Source: an uncultured Nitrososphaeraceae archaeon (lineage in GTDB: Archaea; Thermoproteota; Nitrososphaeria; Nitrososphaerales; Nitrososphaeraceae). From it: a stretch of 64,000 nucleotides of DNA. Below are positions 21,911 to 30,845 of this stretch, in pieces. The number at the start of each line of letters is the position of its first letter. Position 1 is the first letter of the stretch. The DNA lies in NCBI GenBank assembly GCA_963729045.1, contig CAVSMN010000009.1, positions 1 to 64,000 of the forward strand. Direction: 5' to 3'. The notes beneath the pieces were generated by a model that was not told the origin of the DNA, made no database searches, and saw only the letters and a list, made by a program, of their open reading frames with translations. The translations under genes were made by a program, and so were the position numbers.

Positions 21911-23197
21911 TTGAAAGAAAAAATACAACAGGTATTGCACTGGAAGGATACTTTACCTGAGTGGTATATTCAAAAATATGGTTATCAACCATGTATAAAC
22001 ATAGGTACCTCAGGACATGTAGATCATGGTAAAACTACACTTATTGAAGCTATAACAGGAGTTTGGACAAGCGGTCATAGTGAAGAGCTTCGACGAGGAA
22101 TTACGATTAAAGTGGGCTATGCAGATGCCGCTTTTTATAAATGTCCCAATTGTCAACCTCCATCAAATTATTCTGTTCAACCTAAATGTGGTATATGTAA
22201 TTCTGAAGCACAGTTATCAAGAGTAGTAAGTTTCGTTGACTCGCCTGGTCATGAAAGTTTAATGGCTAACATGCTTTCCGGAGGTGCTCTGATGGATGGC
22301 GCAATATTAGTTGTTGCAGCCAACGAAAAAGTGCCACAACCACAAACTAGAGAACATCTATTAGCATTACAGGTATTAGGGATTGAAAATATTGTAATCG
22401 TACAAAACAAAGTCGATCTAACTGAAAAAGAAAATGCAGTAGAAAATTATAACCAAATAAAAGAATTTGTAAAGGGAAGTGTGGCTGAAAATGCTCCAAT
22501 AATTCCCATATCTGCACAACACAAGGCAAATATCGATGTATTAATCGAATACATTGAAAAATATATTCCCACGCCAGAAAGAATTCACAATAAAAATGGT
22601 ATAATGCATATATTGAGATCTTTTGATATCAACAAACCAGGTACACCAATTAAAAACATCAAAGGAGGAGTATTAGGAGGGGCTTTAATTCAAGGTGAAT
22701 TTGAAACAGGCAGCGAAATAGAAATTTTGCCTGGAATTTACAATGAAAAGAAGAACAAATATGAATCTATTTTTTCTGAGGTAGGGTCATTAGCTACTGG
22801 TGCAGGATTGGTGGACAAAGTGAAACCAGGTGGATTGGTCGCAATAGGTTCAAAACTGGACCCGTCATTTATAAAAAGTGATTCATTGATAGGTGCAGTG
22901 GTTGGAAAACCGAATTCATTACCCCCAGTTGTCGATGAAATTACGATAGACATTAATTTATTTGATACCGCGGTTGGAACACAGGATTTGGTCAAGGTGG
23001 AACCCATCAAAACCAAGGAAAATTTAAGATTGAATATCGGAACAGCGGTTACGATAGGAAATGTTACGAATTCAAAAAATCAGAAGATCGAAGTAAAAAT
23101 AAAGAAACCGATATGTTTGATGCCCCAAAGCAGAGTAGCTTTAAGCCGAAGAATAGCAGATCGATGGCGATTGATAGGTGCAGGAATAGCTGTATAA
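21911..23197 (+). CDS. eif2g: Translation initiation factor 2 subunit gamma
   Basis: GHVDHGKTT, RGITIKVGY, DSPGHE, NKVD, RWRLIG. Confidence 0.97.
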   Translation: MKEKIQQVLHWKDTLPEWYIQKYGYQPCINIGTSGHVDHGKTTLIEAITGVWTSGHSEELRRGITIKVGYADAAFYKCPNCQPPSNYSVQPKCGICNSEAQLSRVVSFVDSPGHESLMANMLSGGALMDGAILVVAANEKVPQPQTREHLLALQVLGIENIVIVQNKVDLTEKENAVENYNQIKEFVKGSVAENAPIIPISAQHKANIDVLIEYIEKYIPTPERIHNKNGIMHILRSFDINKPGTPIKNIKGGVLGGALIQGEFETGSEIEILPGIYNEKKNKYESIFSEVGSLATGAGLVDKVKPGGLVAIGSKLDPSFIKSDSLIGAVVGKPNSLPPVVDEITIDINLFDTAVGTQDLVKVEPIKTKENLRLNIGTAVTIGNVTNSKNQKIEVKIKKPICLMPQSRVALSRRIADRWRLIGAGIAV

Positions 23198-23203
23198 ATC
23201 AAG

Positions 23204-23653
23204 ATGGAGGTTATTTCTGACACTAGTTTTTTAATGGTTTTATGTTATGATCCGGTCAAAAACCTGGACGCTCTAGAATCTAGATTTGGAAAACTGGTAT
23301 GGCTCATTCATCCGGAGACGATTAATGAACTAGCACAGTTAGAAAAAACGGCAGGAATAAAGAGATCAAAAATTGCCAGTCTTTCCTTAAAAATAATAAA
23401 TGATCGGATAAAAAAAGGGGATTTCAAGTATTTAGACAACGATGAACTCAATAAGTTAGAAATAACACAAGCCAATTCAACAGTGGATTCCATTTTATTA
23501 AATATCTCAGCAGAAAAAAAACTCCCATTAGCAACGATAGACAAGAATTTAATAAAAAGGGCCCTTAAAAAAGGAGTTGATGTATTCACATTAAAAAGCA
23601 ATAGAATTATTTTTGTACATTCCAAAGTTAGGTCAAATTTAAATTATTCCTGA
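23204..23653 (+). CDS. PIN-domain protein
   Basis: VISDTSFL, ELAQL, VDS, ATIDKNL; conserved position after eif2g. Confidence 0.85.
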   Translation: MEVISDTSFLMVLCYDPVKNLDALESRFGKLVWLIHPETINELAQLEKTAGIKRSKIASLSLKIINDRIKKGDFKYLDNDELNKLEITQANSTVDSILLNISAEKKLPLATIDKNLIKRALKKGVDVFTLKSNRIIFVHSKVRSNLNYS

Positions 23654-23672
23654 TTACTTTCTTTATACATAT

Positions 23673-24332
23673 ATGATGAATATTGAAGGGATCGAAATAA
23701 GGTGGAATGGACATGATGGATTTAGAATTGAAGTAAATGGTAATAAAATTTATGTTGATCCGTATAAATTAATTCCATCATATGCTCGCAAGAGTGATGC
23801 AGATATACTTTTGATTTCTCATAATCATTTTGATCATTTAAGTATAGAGGATATTAATAATGTGATAAACGAAAATACAAAAATAATTTGCTCTCATGAA
23901 TGCGTGGAAGTATTAAAAAATAATTATGAAGATAATGAAATAATTCCCTTAAAACCCAAGGAAGCAAGGATGGTTGGAAATATAGAAATAAGAGGTATAG
24001 AAGCATACAATACCGATAAAAAATTTCATCCGAAAAAAGATGAAAAAATTGGATTTATCATAAATGTAAATGACTTGAAAATATACCATACAGGTGACAC
24101 AGATATTATTCCAGAAATGGAAAATGTAAACCCAGATATTTTATTTGTGCCTGTTTCGGGTACTTATGTAATGACCGCAAAGGAAGCAGGAAAAGCCACA
24201 AATGAGTTAATCAAGCCCAAAAAAATAGCGATACCGATGCATTATGGATCCATTGTAGGAACTGTCAAGGACGCAGAAGATTTTTGCAAAGATGTGAATA
24301 TTTGTAAAACCGCAATAATGGAAATTGAATAA
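23673..24332 (+). CDS. Metallo-beta-lactamase fold hydrolase
   Basis: SHNHFDH, YHTGDT, PMHY. Confidence 0.92.
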   Translation: MMNIEGIEIRWNGHDGFRIEVNGNKIYVDPYKLIPSYARKSDADILLISHNHFDHLSIEDINNVINENTKIICSHECVEVLKNNYEDNEIIPLKPKEARMVGNIEIRGIEAYNTDKKFHPKKDEKIGFIINVNDLKIYHTGDTDIIPEMENVNPDILFVPVSGTYVMTAKEAGKATNELIKPKKIAIPMHYGSIVGTVKDAEDFCKDVNICKTAIMEIE

Positions 24333-24407
24333 ACCGGCATAATCAATACCATCATCACTAAGAATGATTAAAATAAAGTTTAAAAAATCATAATAAACGT
24401 GTAGGTA

Positions 24408-26615
24408 ATGGCAGGAAGAGAGTTATTAAAATCAGAGAAGAGTCGTAGGACAACTAAGTATCTTCTTATAATCGCAGTATTATGTTTAGCTTTTAGCATT
24501 GCATTCATCCTTAGAGCATACCCAATCAAATATGGATTTTATTTGAATGAATTTGATCCTTTTTTTGATTTTAGAGCTACAGAATATATAGTAAATAATG
24601 GATATGGACCGTATCTTGAATGGCATGACTACAAGTCATGGTTTCCAGATGGCAGAGAAATTGCTGAAACATCGCAGTCTGGCTTACACCTAACTGCGGC
24701 CACGCTCTACAAAATTTTTGGTATGAACATGTCTTTGATGGATTTCACAATATGGTTTCCGGTTGTCATAGGATCTGCATCCACTGTACTTATGTTCTTG
24801 GTAGTAAGAGCTATAACCGGAAGCACCATTCCAGGATTAATTTCATCCCTTTTCTTTGCTGTGAGTCCTGCAATAATTCAAAGGGGAAACCTGGGATGGT
24901 TTAAGTCAGAGCCACTAGGTCTTTTTTATGGGTTAGGAGGCACATACCTGTTCTTATCTGCCTTAAAGGATAAAAAATACAAATTTTTGATCCCCAAAGC
25001 AATTTTTGGAGGAATCTTAATTGGACTAGCAGTAACTTCCTGGGGTGGAGCTCAGTATTTCGTAATCCCTATTGGTATCTTTATAATAGTCCTTGGGTTT
25101 GTTTCCAAAGATCTCAAAAATAATTTAATTGTGGCAGTCCTTTTTACGGCTTCAGTTATCTTAGTTGCAGGGGCTTTTCCAAGGCCAGGCATGTCATTTG
25201 TTCTTGGATTGCCAGGTTTATTGTTAATGACTAGCTCGCTATTCCTATTAGTCACTACCGTAGTAAGGTTAAAAAGTTCTGAGAGAAGGGCGACTTTAAA
25301 AACTGCAATAATTCTAGGAATTTTTGTAATAATAGGAATGTCCATAGTGGTCGGTGGCTTTTACAAAGTGCCTTCCTTTAGATATCTCAATGCAATAAAC
25401 CCATTTCTTTCTTCAGAGAACAAACTAGTAGAGTCTGTTGCAGAACATTTCACACCCACGATAGTAGACTACTTTAGACAGTTTTCAATTCTGATCATTT
25501 TTGCTGGGCTAGGAATATGGCTAGCGTTTAAGAACAAAAATAATACCAATATGATTTTTGCATTGATAATAGGGCTTACCGGAATTTATATTAGTGCAAC
25601 ATTTGCAAGGCTTTTGGTATTTGCATCGATAAGCATAATTATATTATCAAGTATAGGAATTTATCAGTCAATTAGAGCCATAACATCGATCAGGACAGAA
25701 GCGGAACAAACACTAGCAACTTCAAATAGGAACGGGGCAAAACCCCAAAAGAACATGAAACTCAAAAAACAATTTTTACCATATGCAGGATTTGCGGCCA
25801 TTTTGATAGTAATGTTATCCATTCCTATGGTTTACGATACTAACACAAATTGGATAACTTCTGCAGATGTTCCTACATCCATTGCTAATGGAGGTACTAA
25901 TTATCGATTAACAACGGATGATTGGATAGAAACACTAGATTGGATGTCCAAGAACACACCAGTTGATTCAGTGGTAACAGCATGGTGGGATTACGGATAT
26001 TGGATAACAACATTAGGAAATAGAACATCCATTGCAGATAATGCAACAATTAATCAAACAAGAATAGAAACAATAGCAAAAATGTTCATTAGTCCTGAAG
26101 AAGAGGGATGGAAAATTGCTAATGATTTGAAATCAGACTATATTTTGATATATGTAGTTGGACAAAAATTGCCTTCTTTGGATCCTACCAATCCAAGTCC
26201 TCTATATGTATTAGGAAGTGGAGGAGATGAAAGTAAAAAGCATTGGTTTATTCGAATAGGTGGATTTAATGAATCAGAATATGTTGAATCTAATGGAGAT
26301 ACACCAAAACAAAAGTACTGGGATTCGCTTTTGGGGAAAATGATGCCGTTTCAAACGATTGGATTCTATAATCCAAGTAGTGGAACATTATCACCAACAT
26401 ATCAGCCCAATGCGATACCCTTTTACATAAAGGACATAAAGTATCCAAAAGGTAACACTTCAGAACCACTATCACTAGTATACGCTTCAAAGAGTTTCGA
26501 AAGTGATGATCCAGGATTATTTTTTGGAGTGTTGGTGTACAAAGTGAATCAGGATTTCAAACCAAACAATCTAACAAATGGCACCTCCTCCTCCAATACT
26601 ACTACCCTACAATAA
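24408..26615 (+). CDS. aglB: Oligosaccharyltransferase AglB (STT3); possibly fused to the downstream cyclophilin
   Basis: EFDPFF, multiple TM segments, SVAEH, WWDYG, DNAT, DESK. Confidence 0.95.
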   Translation: MAGRELLKSEKSRRTTKYLLIIAVLCLAFSIAFILRAYPIKYGFYLNEFDPFFDFRATEYIVNNGYGPYLEWHDYKSWFPDGREIAETSQSGLHLTAATLYKIFGMNMSLMDFTIWFPVVIGSASTVLMFLVVRAITGSTIPGLISSLFFAVSPAIIQRGNLGWFKSEPLGLFYGLGGTYLFLSALKDKKYKFLIPKAIFGGILIGLAVTSWGGAQYFVIPIGIFIIVLGFVSKDLKNNLIVAVLFTASVILVAGAFPRPGMSFVLGLPGLLLMTSSLFLLVTTVVRLKSSERRATLKTAIILGIFVIIGMSIVVGGFYKVPSFRYLNAINPFLSSENKLVESVAEHFTPTIVDYFRQFSILIIFAGLGIWLAFKNKNNTNMIFALIIGLTGIYISATFARLLVFASISIIILSSIGIYQSIRAITSIRTEAEQTLATSNRNGAKPQKNMKLKKQFLPYAGFAAILIVMLSIPMVYDTNTNWITSADVPTSIANGGTNYRLTTDDWIETLDWMSKNTPVDSVVTAWWDYGYWITTLGNRTSIADNATINQTRIETIAKMFISPEEEGWKIANDLKSDYILIYVVGQKLPSLDPTNPSPLYVLGSGGDESKKHWFIRIGGFNESEYVESNGDTPKQKYWDSLLGKMMPFQTIGFYNPSSGTLSPTYQPNAIPFYIKDIKYPKGNTSEPLSLVYASKSFESDDPGLFFGVLVYKVNQDFKPNNLTNGTSSSNTTTLQ

Positions 26616-26686
26616 CAATACTAACAAATGGCACCTCCTCCTCCAATACTACTACCCTAGCTAGCAATCTAACAAATGGCACCTCA
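26571..26686 (+). repeat. Three copies (last partial) of LTNGTSSSNTTTL-coding repeat with periods of 50 and 48 bp
   Basis: ctaacaaatggcacctc at 26571, 26621 and 26669. Confidence 0.92.
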
Positions 26687-26689
26687 AAT

Positions 26690-27250
26690 TTGATTTTAGA
26701 ATCTAATGTTTTAAATAATATCAACAATACAACATCAAACAATAATATGACTACTACCACAAATAACACAGCAACTATTGAAACTACTCAAGGTCCAATA
26801 AAAATTGAATTTTATCCTGATGTAGCACCAAATCACGTGAAGAACTTCCAAGATCTGGCTAGTAAAGGATTTTACGACGGAGTAGTATTTCACAGAATAG
26901 TACCAGGTTTCGTTATTCAGGCTGGAGACCCAAATACAAAAAATGACAATAGTAGCAGAGATACTTGGGGTACTGGAGGTCCAGGATACACAATAAATCA
27001 AGAGTTCAACAGCATACCTCATGAAAGAGGAATATTATCAATGGCTCGAACAAATGATCCTAATAGTGCTGGTTCACAGTTCTTTATTGTATTAAATGAT
27101 TCAAAATTTTTGGATAATCAATATACAGTATTTGGAAAAGTAACAGAAGGGTTAGAAATTGTTGACAAAATTGCAAATTCAACTACTAACGCAATGGATC
27201 AGCCGGAAGATCCCAATTCAGCTCGAATCAATAAAATCATCCTTCAATAG
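26690..27250 (+). CDS. Cyclophilin-type peptidyl-prolyl cis-trans isomerase
   Basis: FYDGVVFHRIVPGFVIQAGD, SMAR, SAGSQFFI, YTVFG. Confidence 0.95.
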   Translation: MILESNVLNNINNTTSNNNMTTTTNNTATIETTQGPIKIEFYPDVAPNHVKNFQDLASKGFYDGVVFHRIVPGFVIQAGDPNTKNDNSSRDTWGTGGPGYTINQEFNSIPHERGILSMARTNDPNSAGSQFFIVLNDSKFLDNQYTVFGKVTEGLEIVDKIANSTTNAMDQPEDPNSARINKIILQ

Positions 27251-27286
27251 ACCAACCTCCAACCTCCATCTAAGAAGAACATTTTT

Positions 27287-28267
27287 TTATTTTGATATCA
27301 ATCCGTGGTAAATGAAGGGTAACACAGTGCTCACATCTGCATGAATGGTAATTTGCTTAGCTTGTGTAGTAACCTTTCCCCAAGAAATAGCCTCGGCAAC
27401 TGGAGCTCCGCTTAAGCTTCCATCCCATTCAGATGCGGTTGTAATATATACAGCATAGTCCAGTCCACCTCTATACTGATTCCACCATAGAGTATGATGT
27501 TTTGAAAGTCCTCCTCCCATCATGAAAGCTCCAGTCTTTTTTGCATCAAAAATTATCTCAGATAATTTTGTCTGATCTTTTAGGATATCAATTTTGAAAT
27601 CTTTATGAGATTGATTAAATAACCAAATCTGGTTACCCACCGCTCCATCAACAATTCCAGGAACAAATACAGGAATATTGTTCTTAAAAGCCCAATACAA
27701 AAAGGACGATTCGTTTAAGTGACTTCCAATATATCTAATTATTTCAGATGGTGCCAATTCCCGCGAAGATTTTGAACTATCGTATAATTTTTGCAAAAAA
27801 GACTGAACTTTATTTTCAATAAGAGGTCCATAATTTTTGTTCGGAATTAAAATGTTGCCTAATCTATGAATATCTTTCTTTAGTAGAAATTGATCATCTA
27901 ATCTAAAATCACCTTCATAATATGAGGAAAAAGATTTAGCTATATCGTGATCTAATGCACCGCACGTTGTGATAATACAATCAAACATCTTATTCTTTAT
28001 CATATCACGTACGATACCTCGGTTCCCCGTAGAAATAAGGGCGCCGACAAATGATATGAACTTCGTACAGTTTTTTTCATTTAGCATATTTTTGAGTATT
28101 TCAACGCCATTAGCCAAATGCCTTCCCTCAAATCCACCGGAATCAGCCATATTTTTTAAAATCTGGTTTATCGATGTTCTTTGGTTTATAGAATAATCCC
28201 GTACATCTTTGGATAAATAATTTGGACTATCTCTAACATCAACATTCTTTTTTTTGACTTGTCTCAA
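27287..28267 (-). CDS. dys: Deoxyhypusine synthase (canonical archaeal type)
   Basis: HRLGN, GGGLSKHH, DGSLSGA..EAISWGK. Confidence 0.92.
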   Translation of the reverse strand: MRQVKKKNVDVRDSPNYLSKDVRDYSINQRTSINQILKNMADSGGFEGRHLANGVEILKNMLNEKNCTKFISFVGALISTGNRGIVRDMIKNKMFDCIITTCGALDHDIAKSFSSYYEGDFRLDDQFLLKKDIHRLGNILIPNKNYGPLIENKVQSFLQKLYDSSKSSRELAPSEIIRYIGSHLNESSFLYWAFKNNIPVFVPGIVDGAVGNQIWLFNQSHKDFKIDILKDQTKLSEIIFDAKKTGAFMMGGGLSKHHTLWWNQYRGGLDYAVYITTASEWDGSLSGAPVAEAISWGKVTTQAKQITIHADVSTVLPFIYHGLISK

Positions 28268-28377
28268 TAAAATGATGTAAATATTTTCACATTAATAAAT
28301 TACTTTAAATTATATACTTTACTTGATGTTGTCTAACTGGATTACAATTATAATAAGTTCGATCTAGATTAAAGGGA

Positions 28378-29463
28378 TTGAGTCATAACCGACATAGTTT
28401 TTCAGGAAAAAAAATTGACCCCCCGGAAATCTTTGCGAATATGAATATATCAGAATTGATAGATTTATTCAGAAAAACAGGATATAATGCAAGGAGATTA
28501 GCAGAGGCTGCAGACATTATGAAAAGAATGGTAGAATCTGATGCGACAATTTGTTTGACTATAGCAGGAGCATTAACTCCAATAGGATTTGGGAAGATTA
28601 TATCAAGTATGATAGACAACGGTTTTGTTGATTGGATTGTTACAACAGGTGCAAATGCCTATCATGATTTACACTTTGCATATGACTTGCCGGTTAGGCA
28701 AGGCCATTTTGATGTGGATGATGATATATTATATTCGAAACAAATCGTGAGAATTTATGATGTATATATAAAAGAATATGGGACCCTTCAATCCCAGGAT
28801 ACAATAATTCAAAAAAATATTCAAAATATATACCAAAAGCATATCGACATGACAAATAGCTCAACTGCTGATCTATCTTATTTAATAGGAAAAGAAGCTG
28901 CTGAAAAATCCAAGGCGCCTGACAAATCATTTATGGTCTCAGCATACAAATCTAATGTCCCTATCTATATACCAGCACTCAGCGATTCTTCAATCGGATT
29001 GAACATGCTACCTTCAATGCTTGATGGAAAGGCAGCAATCAATCCTATAAAAGATATCGCAGAATCAACAGCAATCTTATGGAAAAGTAATGTGTCAGGT
29101 GGATTAGAGTTGGGTGGAGGAGTACCTAAGAACTTTTTTCAGCAGACTGGTCCAGCCCTGTATCAAATTTTAAAAATCAAGGAAGGAGGACATGATTTCA
29201 TAATCCAACTCACCGATGCAAGACCCGATACAGGTGGTCTATCTGGAGCGACATTACAAGAGGGTAAAAGTTGGGGAAAGATTAAAACTTCGCACAAAGG
29301 AAATGTAATAGTTTATGGTGATACATCGGTCTATTTTCCAATTCTTTGTTCTTATTTGCTGAGTGAATGTAAACCAAGGAGTAAAAAACAAATCTACAAG
29401 AAAAAGGATTCATGGGTTGAAGAAATGAAAACACAATATATAAAAAAAAATAAAACCAAATAG
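28378..29463 (+). CDS. Deoxyhypusine synthase paralog, probable homospermidine synthase type
   Basis: TGANAYHDLH, VRIYD, GGGVPKNF, DTGGLSGAT..SWGK. Confidence 0.85.
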   Translation: MSHNRHSFSGKKIDPPEIFANMNISELIDLFRKTGYNARRLAEAADIMKRMVESDATICLTIAGALTPIGFGKIISSMIDNGFVDWIVTTGANAYHDLHFAYDLPVRQGHFDVDDDILYSKQIVRIYDVYIKEYGTLQSQDTIIQKNIQNIYQKHIDMTNSSTADLSYLIGKEAAEKSKAPDKSFMVSAYKSNVPIYIPALSDSSIGLNMLPSMLDGKAAINPIKDIAESTAILWKSNVSGGLELGGGVPKNFFQQTGPALYQILKIKEGGHDFIIQLTDARPDTGGLSGATLQEGKSWGKIKTSHKGNVIVYGDTSVYFPILCSYLLSECKPRSKKQIYKKKDSWVEEMKTQYIKKNKTK

Positions 29464-29527
29464 CAGAATGAATAAAATAATAGTAATATAGAAAAAACAG
29501 AAAATAGACTAATGTATCTGTATACAC

Positions 29528-29989
29528 ATGTCAGAATTCAATCAACTTTTGGTAAGAAGAATAAGAAATGGTACCGTCATTGATCACATAGAATCGCCCA
29601 GAGCACTGCTTGTTCTCAACATATTAAATATTACAGGTCAAGAGGGGAATGTAATAACAGTAGCTTTAAACGTACCAAGTGTTAAACAGAAGAAAAAAGA
29701 TATCATAAAAGTGGAAAACAAGTTTTTGGAAAAGAAAGAAACCGACAAGCTCGCATTAATTGCTCCTAATGCAACCATCAATATTATTAAAGATTATAAA
29801 TTAACCGAAAAGAGAAGAATTCAGCTTCCTGATAATATAATAGGTTTTTTTAAATGCCCTAATTTAAGATGCATTACAAACACCGAAGAAGGATTAAGTT
29901 CTAAGATCGAAATAATTGACAAAAAAAATATACTATTGAAATGTCAATATTGTGCACGATCTATAACGACTAATGAATTAATTAAGTAG
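29528..29989 (+). CDS. pyrI: Aspartate carbamoyltransferase regulatory subunit
   Basis: IRNGTVIDHI, KKDIIK, CPNLRCITN, CQYC. Confidence 0.97.
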   Translation: MSEFNQLLVRRIRNGTVIDHIESPRALLVLNILNITGQEGNVITVALNVPSVKQKKKDIIKVENKFLEKKETDKLALIAPNATINIIKDYKLTEKRRIQLPDNIIGFFKCPNLRCITNTEEGLSSKIEIIDKKNILLKCQYCARSITTNELIK

Positions 29990-30199
29990 AACATAAACAT
30001 CAAGAAGAAGACTAAGAATTGAAAAGAGGAAGAGAGATGAAGTCGTTTTTGGTTTTTAGTTTTTGTTATTTTCAAATGATTTGAAAAAAGATTGAACGTT
30101 TTATGATACGATCACTAATTCATTCGTGTGTAAATGAAAAGTGTTATCCATCAATAAATGCACAATACTATACGATCAAAATATGCTTGTCAACCTGTA

Positions 30200-30769
30200 T
30201 CACTCCCCTCTGCAAACTTCACAGGTGTAAGAACCATCTGCATAAAGTAGAAAATCAGACCATTCACCACATTCATCGCAATATCCAGAAATATTTCGTG
30301 GAGAACGTCCAATCTCGCCTCTTATAAGCAGTGATTTTTCAGAAACTACATCAAATAATTCCGGTGTAACGGCAAGAACATCAGACACCGAAATAATTCC
30401 GACTAAATTACCTTTATGTGTCACTCCCAAACGCTTAATTCCATGTTGTCGTAAAAGTCTGGCAGCGGATGTAATACTTTCCTCTCCAGTAATTGTAATC
30501 AAGTGGTTCATTATATCCGAAGCTTTAATATCAGATGGGATTGAACCGGCAGCTATTGCTTTGGAAACAATATCCCAGTCAGTAATTATTCCAAGCGGTT
30601 TATCGTTATCTAAAATAATAATGCTTCCAATTTTAGCATTCGTCATAAGTTTTGAAATCGTAACAAGGTCATCGTTTGGTCCTGCATGAACTATAGGGCT
30701 ATTCATGACATCACTGACTAATACACGAGTGGTCATGGCAGTAGTTTCATCTCTAATATCTTTAGACAC
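30200..30769 (-). CDS. CBS-pair protein with C-terminal Zn ribbon
   Basis: Two CBS repeats, CDECG..CEVC. Confidence 0.9.
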   Translation of the reverse strand: MSKDIRDETTAMTTRVLVSDVMNSPIVHAGPNDDLVTISKLMTNAKIGSIIILDNDKPLGIITDWDIVSKAIAAGSIPSDIKASDIMNHLITITGEESITSAARLLRQHGIKRLGVTHKGNLVGIISVSDVLAVTPELFDVVSEKSLLIRGEIGRSPRNISGYCDECGEWSDFLLYADGSYTCEVCRGE

Positions 30770-30845
30770 ATCAAATCTTCAGAGTTTGAATTTAATTACT
30801 TTTCTATTCTTATTTCCATTCGTACCCATCAAAGTTTGAATTTAA

